Part shown: in pieces, positions 1-8,531 of the stretch | Layout of the letters: each line of letters opens with the position of its first letter | Numbering within the stretch: position 1 is the first letter of the stretch | Assembly (NCBI GenBank): GCA_022449325.1 | Contig: JAKUSK010000004.1 | Coordinates: 1 to 36,061 of the forward strand | Source: Nitrososphaerales archaeon | GTDB taxonomy: Archaea > Thermoproteota > Nitrososphaeria > Nitrososphaerales > UBA57 | DNA length: 36,061 bases | Direction: 5' to 3' | Made by a program: the position numbers and the translations under genes | Notes under the pieces: generated by a model | Database searches by the model: none | What the model was told of the DNA's origin: nothing | Seen by the model: only the letters and a program-made list of their open reading frames with translations

Positions 1-1027
1 CAGATTTAAGTTCACGAATATTTTTAGCGCCAATTAAGAACATAGTTGATTTTAGTTCTAAAACTAATTGATCAATAAAAGTTGTTAATGAATCATATGA
101 TTTAGAAGCAGGAGTGAGCATAGGACGAGCAAAACCTCCAACGTCTGCGCCTAGTGTAATAGATTTAGCAAGATCAAGACCATCACGTAAACCGCCAGAT
201 GCAATAATAGGAGTTTTCACTGAATGTCTAGTGAGAAATATAGTTGCAGCAGTAGGTATGCCCCAATCCCAAAACAAAAGTCCAAGATCAGATTTCTTTT
301 TATTTTTAAATTTCTTTGCGCGTATTTGTTCTATACCAGCCCAACTAGTACCTCCCATACCTGCTACATTAATCGCACCAACTTTTGATTTAGATAATTT
401 TTTAGCAACAGAAGGAGATATACCTGAACCAACTTCTTTAACAATTATAGGTATATCCAAATCAGAAGATAGTTCTTTGATTCGAGACAAGACATTAGAA
501 TAATTTGATTCGCCTTCAGGCTGAACTAGTTCTTGAAGTGGATTAAGGTGAATTGCTAGAGCATCGGCATCAATCATTTTCAATAATTTCGTTATAGATT
601 TATGATTCAATCCTTGAGAAAGTTGTGCGCCGCCGATATTTGAAAAAATAAAGGCATTAGGAGCGTTTTTTCTTACAATTTTAAAGCTTTCAGCAAGATC
701 CTCTGACAATAAACCAGCGCGTTGACTACCAACTCCCATACCAATACCAAATTCTTCGGCAGCCTGAGCTAATCTAGCATTAATCTTTTGAGCAGCAGGA
801 GTTCCACCAGTCATAGAATCAATTAAAAAGGGAAAATTAAAACTATGGCCAAGGAATTTAGTAGAGGTTTTAATGTTGTCAAAATTAATTTCTGGGAGGG
901 CGCAATGTAGAAATTCTACACATTCAAGAAGTGTTGTTTTAGTTAACGCATTAGTATTTTTTAGAGCTAAATCAATTCCTTCTTTTTTACGATCTTCAAT
1001 AATATTCTTCGAACTTTTTTTAGTCAT
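1..1027 (-). CDS. fni: Type 2 isopentenyl-diphosphate delta-isomerase (3' end truncated by window edge)
   Basis: Not in the ORF track. Manual translation from ATG at 1027 gives MTKKSSKNIIEDRKKEGIDLAL...FLHCALPEINFD...PFLIDSMTGG...GMGVGSQRAGL...HLNPLQELVQPEGE...PIIVKEVGSG...GGTSWAGIE...IIASGGLRDGLDLAKSITLGA, which are IDI-2 FMN-binding motifs. Lies downstream of mvk and ipk. Confidence 0.95.
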   Translation of the reverse strand, partial: MTKKSSKNIIEDRKKEGIDLALKNTNALTKTTLLECVEFLHCALPEINFDNIKTSTKFLGHSFNFPFLIDSMTGGTPAAQKINARLAQAAEEFGIGMGVGSQRAGLLSEDLAESFKIVRKNAPNAFIFSNIGGAQLSQGLNHKSITKLLKMIDADALAIHLNPLQELVQPEGESNYSNVLSRIKELSSDLDIPIIVKEVGSGISPSVAKKLSKSKVGAINVAGMGGTSWAGIEQIRAKKFKNKKKSDLGLLFWDWGIPTAATIFLTRHSVKTPIIASGGLRDGLDLAKSITLGADVGGFARPMLTPASKSYDSLTTFIDQLVLELKSTMFLIGAKNIRELKS

Positions 1028-1030
1028 GGT

Positions 1031-1126
1031 CTACAACTTCCTTATAATAGCTAGGGGCCACAGAAAGAGCAGGTACAATAACTTCTTTAATCTTCCGAGT
1101 CGCCAATTTTCAGTTTTTTTAGTCAT
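1031..1126 (-). CDS. Putative 31-aa small membrane peptide (MTKKTENWRLGRLKKLLYLLFLWPLAIIRKL)
   Basis: Its ATG overlaps the ipk stop (ATGA) and its TAG ends 3 nt before the fni ATG, exactly filling the gap. Basic-hydrophobic-basic composition. Confidence 0.45.
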   Translation of the reverse strand: MTKKTENWRLGRLKKLLYLLFLWPLAIIRKL

Positions 1127-1884
1127 ACATTATCACCGACAAATAGTGTACCGACATGTTCGCCATTCAAAGCTTTAGATAAATTTTTAATATTCAATCC
1201 ATTAGTAATTTGAACATCGATACCGAGATTAGCGATTTTTAGACTTTGATTGATTTTCGTTTTAATACCACCAGTAACATCATAATGAAGTTTAGAAAAT
1301 TTAAGATTATTCTTATTATTATTAATTATTGGTATCAAACTTGAAACATCTTCAGGATTTTGATAAATACCGTCAATATTTGAAGCAAATATAACACGTT
1401 TAGGATTTAATAATTTACATAGATCATGTACAATAAGATCGCCAGAATGGATATAAAATCCATCATTGGCAATTAATACATCACCAAAAGTTACTGGAAT
1501 TAAATTAAGGGAAATACTTTTTTTAAGAATTTTTTTCCAATCAATTGGAATTTTTTTATTATTATACATCGAAGTGGGGGAAAATGAGAAAGTGTTAACA
1601 TGGTTTTCATGGAATATTTTAATGATTTTTTGGTTTAATAATTGCATAGAATCACGAATTTTAACAACGTGTTTTGTGGATTTAGTTGGCTTGTCAGATA
1701 TTCTATAACGTTTAGCGTAATAATGGCCGAATGAACCCGCACCATGAACAATAATTAGAGGTTCTTTGAATTTCTTAACTACGTTAGATAAGTTGCGTAC
1801 TGAATTAGCATCGAATGTAAGGGGTCTGGACTTTTTTGTGACTACAGAGCCACCTAATTTTAGTATTGTTAATTTATTGACCAT
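1123..1884 (-). CDS. ipk: Isopentenyl phosphate kinase (amino-acid kinase family)
   Basis: LKLGGSVVTKK, IVHGAGSFGH, PVTFGDV, SGD and DVTGGIKTK motifs; lies between mvk and fni. Confidence 0.92.
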   Translation of the reverse strand: MVNKLTILKLGGSVVTKKSRPLTFDANSVRNLSNVVKKFKEPLIIVHGAGSFGHYYAKRYRISDKPTKSTKHVVKIRDSMQLLNQKIIKIFHENHVNTFSFSPTSMYNNKKIPIDWKKILKKSISLNLIPVTFGDVLIANDGFYIHSGDLIVHDLCKLLNPKRVIFASNIDGIYQNPEDVSSLIPIINNNKNNLKFSKLHYDVTGGIKTKINQSLKIANLGIDVQITNGLNIKNLSKALNGEHVGTLFVGDNV

Positions 1885-2807
1885 ACTTTTACACCTTGTT
1901 GTGGGAGTTTTACAGAAAATGTTTCAAAGTTCATGTTGTTCAATTCATTAACAATCATACCAATATGTCGTGAAGGTGAGATAGCTATTATTGAACCTCC
2001 ACCTCCTCCACCAGTAATTTTAGCTCCATATGAACCCAATTCCAAACATTTCTCAATTAGATTATCAGTTGGTAAAGAACTTAATCCAAGAGAATTTAGA
2101 GTAGAGTTAAAGAAATTAAAATAGGAACCTACAGATACGTAATCTTTTTTTGATAGTGCGGACAATGTTTTTTTAGTTAAGGTATTAGATGAATCTACAA
2201 GACTAAGGAATGTTGAGGGTTTATCATTTCTAAGATTAGCGAATTTATTTATCATATTTGATGTTTTTCTGCGTTTACCGCTAATTGAGACGATTAATTC
2301 TGGATTATGTTTTAGAGTAATTCGTTTAGGAACAGAATCTTTACGAAAAGAAATTAAACCTCCCATAATACTCGCTGCAACGTCTATTCCAGAGGGGTTT
2401 CCATGAATTTTTTTCTCTCCATACATAGCAAGATCAAATAGGGTCTTTCGGTCGAGTTTAGTATTAAAGAGTGAGGCAACAGATGCTGCAGTAGCCACAC
2501 ATAATGCACTTGAAGAACCTAAACCTGAACCACGTGGAATTCCAGAATCGATAGTAATTGATAATGTACTCTTTTTACGTAAATATTCAAGAGTTTTATT
2601 ACGAACGATATAAACGGGGTCATTTTTTATATTATAATTAGTAGAATGAATTCTTTGATTTTTATAAGAGATAGCATTATTAGAAGAAAAACTACTTGTG
2701 ACACGGATTTTCTTATTTATTGCAGCTGCCAGTGCTTGTGCGCCATGAACGACAAAATGTTCCCCCGTAAGAATAATTTTTCCTGGGGCTTCTGCGATTG
2801 AAATCAA
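1869..2807 (-). CDS. mvk: Mevalonate kinase
   Basis: APGKIILTGEHFVVHG, GHMP motif IPRGSGLGSSSA, HGNPSGID, GAKITGGGGGG. Confidence 0.95.
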   Translation of the reverse strand: MISIAEAPGKIILTGEHFVVHGAQALAAAINKKIRVTSSFSSNNAISYKNQRIHSTNYNIKNDPVYIVRNKTLEYLRKKSTLSITIDSGIPRGSGLGSSSALCVATAASVASLFNTKLDRKTLFDLAMYGEKKIHGNPSGIDVAASIMGGLISFRKDSVPKRITLKHNPELIVSISGKRRKTSNMINKFANLRNDKPSTFLSLVDSSNTLTKKTLSALSKKDYVSVGSYFNFFNSTLNSLGLSSLPTDNLIEKCLELGSYGAKITGGGGGGSIIAISPSRHIGMIVNELNNMNFETFSVKLPQQGVKVWSIN

Positions 2808-2874
2808 ATTACTATAAAGAATACATTACAACAATAAAAATCAGCAGGTAATGATAATAAGAAAATGAATGTAA

Positions 2875-3537
2875 TTATTCGTCGTCGACTAATTTTGTCT
2901 CGAAATCTTCAATTGAGTAGGACATGGATTCATCTGAAGATAATTTACCTGAGTGTTGAAGGACAGAACGCGATAACAACCACATAACTGCAGCCAAGGC
3001 TTTTCTACCTCTATTATTAGCTGGAATAACAACATCAACATTCTCAGTAAGATTGTCTGTATCACAAATAGCAATAACTGGAACACCAACTTGTGTAGCT
3101 TCAATAACAGCTTGTTGATCCATTGAAGGGTCAGTTACGATAACTGCTTCAGGATCTAAATGTTTAGGATAAAGTGGATTAGTAAAAGTACCTGGCATGA
3201 ATCTTCCAGTTAAAGGAATAGTTCCAGTTAACTCAGTAAATTTTGCCACAGGTGTTTTTCCATATTCACGTGACGAATAAACAACAATACGGGATAAATC
3301 AAGATTAGAAACAAATTTAGCAGCTAATTCAATACGCTGTAATGTTTTAGCAACATCGATTATATGAAGTCCATCAGGACGTGTTCGACTGATAAAACTA
3401 GCCATTGATTTAGTTTTAACGAGTGTGCCTACACGTATTCCAGTAGACAGTAAGACTTGCTCAGAAACATCTTTAGTAACAGAACTGTCTAAACTTTCTG
3501 TGCTTTCTAAATCTTCGGTTTCAAAGTTAACTGACAT
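2875..3537 (-). CDS. rps2: 30S ribosomal protein S2 (uS2)
   Basis: GRFMPGTFTNP, VTDP, DTDN, IPANNRGRKAL. Start placed at ATG 3537 (MSVNFE) rather than 3555. Confidence 0.96.
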   Translation of the reverse strand: MSVNFETEDLESTESLDSSVTKDVSEQVLLSTGIRVGTLVKTKSMASFISRTRPDGLHIIDVAKTLQRIELAAKFVSNLDLSRIVVYSSREYGKTPVAKFTELTGTIPLTGRFMPGTFTNPLYPKHLDPEAVIVTDPSMDQQAVIEATQVGVPVIAICDTDNLTENVDVVIPANNRGRKALAAVMWLLSRSVLQHSGKLSSDESMSYSIEDFETKLVDDE

Positions 3538-4792
3538 ATTTTTTAACCCTCGCAATAGGCATCGACATGTTATTATTTATAAAGTTAGTTTCCTCAATTC
3601 TAAGTAATTCATTTAGTTTAGAGATTCTTTCACCACCGACAACTCCACTTTTCATCATCACTGAACCAGAACCAATAGCAATGTGGGCTAGATGTGGATC
3701 AACTGTATCACCTGAACGATGAGATGCAATAATAGCATAATTATTTTGATTACATGAATTAGCAAATTCCATTGCGTCGCCCAATGCTCCTGCCTGATTT
3801 ACTTTCAGAATTACAGCATTGCCAGCATTTTGATCTATACCTTTTTGAAGTATAGAGGTATTTGTTACAAATAAATCGTCTCCAACAATGAGGCAATTAT
3901 CATTTTTAGAAGATAGTTCAGTAAAATCAGAGAAAGCCTCTTCATGAAGAGGATCTTCTACATAAATTAGATTATATTTTTCAATCAATTCAAGAACATA
4001 AGAAATTTGTTCCTCTGTATTACGAGATTTATTTTCACGAGAATAAACATAAAGTTCTTTATCAGGAATCCAAAGAGAAGAAGAAGCAACATCAAGACCT
4101 AATCGAATTTCGAATCCAACTGCGTCTGAGACAGTATTAATAGCTTCTTGGGCAACTTCAAGTGCTTCAGTGTTAGATAATTGTGGAGCCCATGCGCCTT
4201 CGTCGCCTTTACCGCCAGAGAATTTTGAATCTTTTTTATCAATAATTTTTTTGATTTCTTTATGAACTAGAAGATTAGCTTGGATACCAGAATGTATCGA
4301 ATCAGCTCCAAGAGGATAAGAAAGGAATTCTTGAATATCAGTTGAACCATTTCCTGCATGCATTCCACCGCCAAGAACATTTCCCAAAGGAAGTGGCATT
4401 TCGGCAGGCTTTCCGTTAAGAAGGATTTCATAAATTGGTTTATCTAGAATTTGTGAAGCTGCATCAATAGATGCAAGAGATATTGCATATGCAGCAGAAC
4501 CACCTATGTTGGAATAGTTATCAGTTTTATCCGCGTCTTTTAGGATGTTCTTAAGAGTAAAAATATCAGAACTATCTGCACCAATTAAATGAGATTTATA
4601 TTCATTAAGATAATCAATGGTGTCCTTGCATTGTGAGTTTCTAAAGGAAACTGCCTCAAATTTACCAACGCTAGCGCCAGCAGGAGATGATGCAGTACCA
4701 ATTGTGTCGCCTACATGCACGTCAACTTCTATGGTTTCGCTACCTCGACTATTATAGATTAAACGAGATTTGATATCAGTAATTTTTGTCAT
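3527..4792 (-). CDS. eno: Enolase
   Basis: NSRGSETIEVDV, PAGASVGKFEA, GGGMHA, GDEG, EDP, VGDDLFVTN, LKVNQAG, SHRSGDT. Confidence 0.96.
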   Translation of the reverse strand: MTKITDIKSRLIYNSRGSETIEVDVHVGDTIGTASSPAGASVGKFEAVSFRNSQCKDTIDYLNEYKSHLIGADSSDIFTLKNILKDADKTDNYSNIGGSAAYAISLASIDAASQILDKPIYEILLNGKPAEMPLPLGNVLGGGMHAGNGSTDIQEFLSYPLGADSIHSGIQANLLVHKEIKKIIDKKDSKFSGGKGDEGAWAPQLSNTEALEVAQEAINTVSDAVGFEIRLGLDVASSSLWIPDKELYVYSRENKSRNTEEQISYVLELIEKYNLIYVEDPLHEEAFSDFTELSSKNDNCLIVGDDLFVTNTSILQKGIDQNAGNAVILKVNQAGALGDAMEFANSCNQNNYAIIASHRSGDTVDPHLAHIAIGSGSVMMKSGVVGGERISKLNELLRIEETNFINNNMSMPIARVKKYVS

Positions 4793-4821
4793 AGATTAGG
4801 ATTTTCCTCTCAGATACATTA

Positions 4822-5052
4822 TTATGTTAAATCAAATTCCAGTCTTTTATCATGGACGCTGTCATGATACTGTATGATTTGATCAATAACGTCAGAATTA
4901 GACAGTAACATTCGTCTACAGCAATAACGAGTAATTTTAAGATCGTCAAGAATTTTTGCTGGGCTTTCTCCATCAGAGGTTCGAGACTCTAAAATTTCAA
5001 GTTTGTCAGCAATAACGCTTCCACAACTAAAACAACGAACTGGAATAATCAA
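4822..5052 (-). CDS. rpoN: RNA polymerase subunit N (Rpo10)
   Basis: MIIPVRCFSCG...RYCCRRML zinc-binding signature. Confidence 0.97.
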   Translation of the reverse strand: MIIPVRCFSCGSVIADKLEILESRTSDGESPAKILDDLKITRYCCRRMLLSNSDVIDQIIQYHDSVHDKRLEFDLT

Positions 5053-5070
5053 AAAATGAACACCAACAAC

Positions 5071-5475
5071 CTATCTATATGATTTCTGTTTTCTTCGTCT
5101 TGCACCAGGACCGCCAAATTTCTTCGATTCACTACGACGAGAATCACCAGAAAGAAGATGTTGATCGTAATCGGAAATTTTAGTTTTAATTTCTTTAGTC
5201 TTAATATGTGAAATGATTGCACGAGACATTGCAATTGCACAGGCTTCTGCTTGTCCCATATATCCTCCACCAGAAACTCGTATGTTTATATCAACTTTAT
5301 TTCGGTGATCGCCAATTAATTCAAGTGGAGTTAACATACGTTCACGTGCCATTAATGGAGTAACAATTTCAACAGGTGTTTTATTTATGAATACTTTACC
5401 AGTACCAGCAGTAATTACAGCAGTAGCTTTAGCTGTTTTTCTGGAAGCTGGAATTAATTTGGATTTCTTTTTCAT
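5071..5475 (-). CDS. rps9: 30S ribosomal protein S9 (uS9)
   Basis: RKTAKATA, VSGGGYMGQAEA, ESKKFGGPGARRRKQKSYR. The likely start at ATG 5475 overlaps the rpl13 stop. Confidence 0.96.
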   Translation of the reverse strand: MKKKSKLIPASRKTAKATAVITAGTGKVFINKTPVEIVTPLMARERMLTPLELIGDHRNKVDINIRVSGGGYMGQAEACAIAMSRAIISHIKTKEIKTKISDYDQHLLSGDSRRSESKKFGGPGARRRKQKSYR

Positions 5476-5924
5476 TCTACTTTTCTCCATCCCATAGATG
5501 AACATAATTCACCAATCGTAGTATAATAAGATAGTGACCTTCTGGCCAATGCTGTATCAATAGTTTTATGTTCGGATTTTTGATATTTTTCAGGAACTGA
5601 GATATATACTCGAAGAAGTTTTTTGGCAGCATTGCCTTTTGGTTTTTTATAAGGAAGCATACCTCTAACCATTTTTTCCATATAGGTATCAGGACGTCTA
5701 GGATGAAAAGGGCCGTGTTTTGGATGTACACGACTAGTTATTTCCAATCTCAATTCATTTTCTTTGAGAATATTAGCACGACTACCTGACATAAGAATTT
5801 TTTCAGCGTTAACTAGGATAACACGATTGCCATTTAGGAGCATTTTTGCGATAACTGAGCACAAACGTCCAGCTAGATGTTTATCGCCATTAATTACAAC
5901 AGTAGATTCGGAATCAGCCAACAA
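5472..5924 (-). CDS. rpl13: 50S ribosomal protein L13 (uL13)
   Basis: GRLCSVIAKMLLNG, VNAEK, GPFHPRRP, VRGMLPYK. Confidence 0.96.
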   Translation of the reverse strand: MLADSESTVVINGDKHLAGRLCSVIAKMLLNGNRVILVNAEKILMSGSRANILKENELRLEITSRVHPKHGPFHPRRPDTYMEKMVRGMLPYKKPKGNAAKKLLRVYISVPEKYQKSEHKTIDTALARRSLSYYTTIGELCSSMGWRKVE

Positions 5925-6246
5925 AGATTTTTACACCTTTTCCATCAGGATTAGTTTCAACAAGTTTTTCAATTAACATAACTGTTCCACCGGCATTTTT
6001 AATTTTTACTTTTGCAGTTTCAGAAAAAGAAACAGCGCCAATAGTAATCGAATGTTCGATTACACCTGCGCCCAGAACTTTACCAGGAACTGCTATTACA
6101 TCACCGGTTTTTGTAACTCTAGATAAGTTACCAACATTAATTTCATGATCGTGTTCGAGTTTTTGTACAATATTAGTCCAGACTTTTGCATGAGTTTTAC
6201 GAGCAACGCGTTTTATTGATTCAATTCGATAATCATTAAAGGTCAT
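5914..6246 (-). CDS. rpl18e: 50S ribosomal protein L18e (eL18)
   Basis: INVGNLSR, VPGKVLGAG, FSETAKVKIKNAGG; lies between rpoD and rpl13. Confidence 0.94.
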   Translation of the reverse strand: MTFNDYRIESIKRVARKTHAKVWTNIVQKLEHDHEINVGNLSRVTKTGDVIAVPGKVLGAGVIEHSITIGAVSFSETAKVKIKNAGGTVMLIEKLVETNPDGKGVKIFVG

Positions 6247-6881
6247 TTTACATTCTCCTGGATTGATTGATTCATATCCTTCAGTTTTGTATTTAATATA
6301 CTTGTAGCTTGCAAGAGAATTTCATTGGCAGGTAAACTTCCTGTTGATTCGAGTGTAAGATGAAATTCAGAATCATTATCAGTATCAGTAAGTGTGGAGA
6401 TTGTAACAGGTTGCCATTTAGCATGATGACGTCCTTTACCGAGTTTAGCATAAGCCTCTAATTTAATTTTTTGACTTGGTGCAAGCTTAATGATTGGAAT
6501 GTTATCAACGTAAGGTTTTACACGAGTGTCTTCAGATACTAAATCTCCAGAATAAATTGTCTTAACTTCATCAGTAGCAACAGCATCAAGAACTAAAAGA
6601 ACACGACATTTAGTACAGCCTAAAGATGTTTTACAATCACAGTCTTGTGGAAGTATGTATCCTTCTAAATCAGTTGTTAAAGGAATGAGTCCAAGACGAT
6701 GAGCAAGGATTTCGTCATATAAAACAGAAGAATTTTCATGAATTACAATTTCGTCGATAGCCATACATGGGACTTCGCTAATAGCAAAGCGTCTAAGAGC
6801 ATTAGCATATACTCTATCTATACCCTTGAGTAGGAGCTTCACGTGTGAGTCAGACGACTCTAAGATTTTAATGGTTGCCAA
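6243..6881 (-). CDS. rpoD: RNA polymerase subunit D (Rpo3)
   Basis: ANALRRFAISEVP, NSSVLYDEILAHRLGLIPL, GKGRHHAKWQP, ESTGSL. Confidence 0.96.
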   Translation of the reverse strand: MATIKILESSDSHVKLLLKGIDRVYANALRRFAISEVPCMAIDEIVIHENSSVLYDEILAHRLGLIPLTTDLEGYILPQDCDCKTSLGCTKCRVLLVLDAVATDEVKTIYSGDLVSEDTRVKPYVDNIPIIKLAPSQKIKLEAYAKLGKGRHHAKWQPVTISTLTDTDNDSEFHLTLESTGSLPANEILLQATSILNTKLKDMNQSIQENVK

Positions 6882-6984
6882 TTTATGTCACCGTAATACC
6901 TTAGTAAACGCAGAATATTGTAATTAAAACCTTATCATTTTTCGATAAAGATTAATTAGAGGCATTATCTACATAATTATAAAA
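6882..6984. promoter_or_regulatory. Back-to-back BRE/TATA promoters for rpoD and rps13
   Basis: Plus strand GATAAAG-ATTAATTA (~6944-6958) lies about 26 nt before the rps13 TTG. Minus strand GATAAGG-TTTTAATTA (~6936-6921) lies upstream of rpoD. Confidence 0.45.
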
Positions 6985-7449
6985 TTGTCGACCGAATTCA
7001 AGTACATAGTAAGAATATTAGGCAGAGACGTCAGTGGTACGAAGAAAGTCATACAGGCTCTCTCCAATATCAAAGGAATTGGCAACAATTTAGCCCATTA
7101 TATCGTGAAATCATTAGAAATAGACAGAGAGTTGAGAATGGGTATGCTTTCAGATGAACAAATTAATGCTATTGAAGAAAATATCAAAAATATAGATAAA
7201 AAATATCCTGAATTTAATTTAAATCGTCAAAAAGATATGCAAACTGGTGAGAATCAACATGTTATTGAAACTGATTTAATTGTATCTAAAAAACAAGATA
7301 TTGACTTGGAAAGAATTTTACAGAGTTGGAGAGGAACAAGACACTCATTAAACTTGAAAGTAAGAGGGCAAAGAACTAGATGTACAGGAAGAGCAGGAAA
7401 AGTAGTAGGAGTACGTAAATCAACTCTAAAACCAGGAAAGGCGAGTTAG
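6985..7449 (+). CDS. rps13: 30S ribosomal protein S13 (uS13)
   Basis: FKYIVRILG, IKGIG, NRQKD, SWRGTRHSLNLKVRGQRTRCTGR. Confidence 0.96.
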   Translation: MSTEFKYIVRILGRDVSGTKKVIQALSNIKGIGNNLAHYIVKSLEIDRELRMGMLSDEQINAIEENIKNIDKKYPEFNLNRQKDMQTGENQHVIETDLIVSKKQDIDLERILQSWRGTRHSLNLKVRGQRTRCTGRAGKVVGVRKSTLKPGKAS

Positions 7450-7453
7450 ATAA

Positions 7454-8101
7454 ATGGGAGATCCAAAATATTCAAGAAAAAAGTCGGCGCGACCTCGAAA
7501 CCCTTGGCAACGAAATTTATTAAAAGAAGAATTAGAATTAGTTGGTAGTTTTGGTTTAAGAAATAAAAAAGAACTTCATGTTGCGTCAACAGAGTTATCT
7601 AGAATTAGAAAACAAGCTAGGCAACTTCTGGCTGCAACAACAGAAATTAGAACAGCAAGAGAACCAATTTTATTAACATCATTATCAAGGAAAGGAATTG
7701 TCACTGATGATGCAACGTTAGATAATGTATTAGCACTTAATGTTTCTAGTTTTTTGGAAAGAAGATTACAAACAGTAGTATTAAGAAAAGGATTAGCAAG
7801 AACACCTCATCAAGCAAGACAATTAATTACACATGGACATATAGCAATAGGAAACAATAGAGTAAACATACCAAGTTATACGGTAACACGGGATGAAGAA
7901 CCATTAGTAAAGATGACCGATGGAAGTACATTTGTGCTGCAGGAGATAGCAGTTCCAGAGCCAAAAAGTGATACGTATGGAAATCCAGATGAAAAAGAAG
8001 AATTAGAATCAAAGGAAAAACCTGTTGAAGAAAAGACTGAAGCTAAAGAGGAAATAGAAGAAAAGACTGAAGCTAAAGAGGATGTAAAAGAAAATGAGTA
8101 G
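7454..8101 (+). CDS. rps4: 30S ribosomal protein S4 (uS4) with an acidic C-terminal tail
   Basis: [35 protein letters not shown]. Confidence 0.96.
   Translation: MGDPKYSRKKSARPRNPWQRNLLKEELELVGSFGLRNKKELHVASTELSRIRKQARQLLAATTEIRTAREPILLTSLSRKGIVTDDATLDNVLALNVSSFLERRLQTVVLRKGLARTPHQARQLITHGHIAIGNNRVNIPSYTVTRDEEPLVKMTDGSTFVLQEIAVPEPKSDTYGNPDEKEELESKEKPVEEKTEAKEEIEEKTEAKEDVKENE
8027..8082 (+). repeat. 30-bp-period tandem duplication in the rps4 tail (EEKTEAKE x2)
   Basis: GAAGAAAAGACTGAAGCTAAAGAGGA occurs at 8027-8052 and 8057-8082. Confidence 0.9.
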
Positions 8102-8495
8102 TTCAGACGTATCAAAAAAATGGGGAATCGTACATATTTTTAGTAGTTATAATAACACAATTGTTCATATAACCGATTTAAGTGGTTCAGAAACGATTGC
8201 AATAAGTTCTGGTGGAAGACATGTTAAAGCGGACAGGTTCCAAGCAACGCCATATGCAGCTATGAAAGCTGCTCAAGCTGCAGCAGAAACTGCTAGATCA
8301 AAAGGAATTGAACATCTTCATATCAGAGTTCGTGCAGTGGGTGGAGTAGGTGGAAGAACTCCAGGACCAGGAGCTCAAGCAGTAATCAGAGCAATTGCAA
8401 GAGGCGGATTTAGAGTAGGAAAAATTGAAGATGTTACACCGATTCCTCATGATACCACTAGAAAAGCTGGCGGTAGAAGAGGAAGAAGAGCATAG
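8094..8495 (+). CDS. rps11: 30S ribosomal protein S11 (uS11)
   Basis: [41 protein letters not shown]. Confidence 0.97.
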   Translation: MSSSDVSKKWGIVHIFSSYNNTIVHITDLSGSETIAISSGGRHVKADRFQATPYAAMKAAQAAAETARSKGIEHLHIRVRAVGGVGGRTPGPGAQAVIRAIARGGFRVGKIEDVTPIPHDTTRKAGGRRGRRA

Positions 8496-8531
8496 TCTTT
8501 TATCTGTTAACATAGCTTCAAGATTTTAATT

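Noticed and set aside
1031..1033. Pyrrolysine decoding of the in-frame TAG before fni
   Set aside because: No pyl genes are in the window, TAG is used as an ordinary stop elsewhere (e.g. rps11, trpS), and fni has its own ATG.
114..1178. Plus-strand ORFs 114-503 and 873-1178
   Set aside because: They are antisense shadows of fni and ipk with no recognisable motifs.
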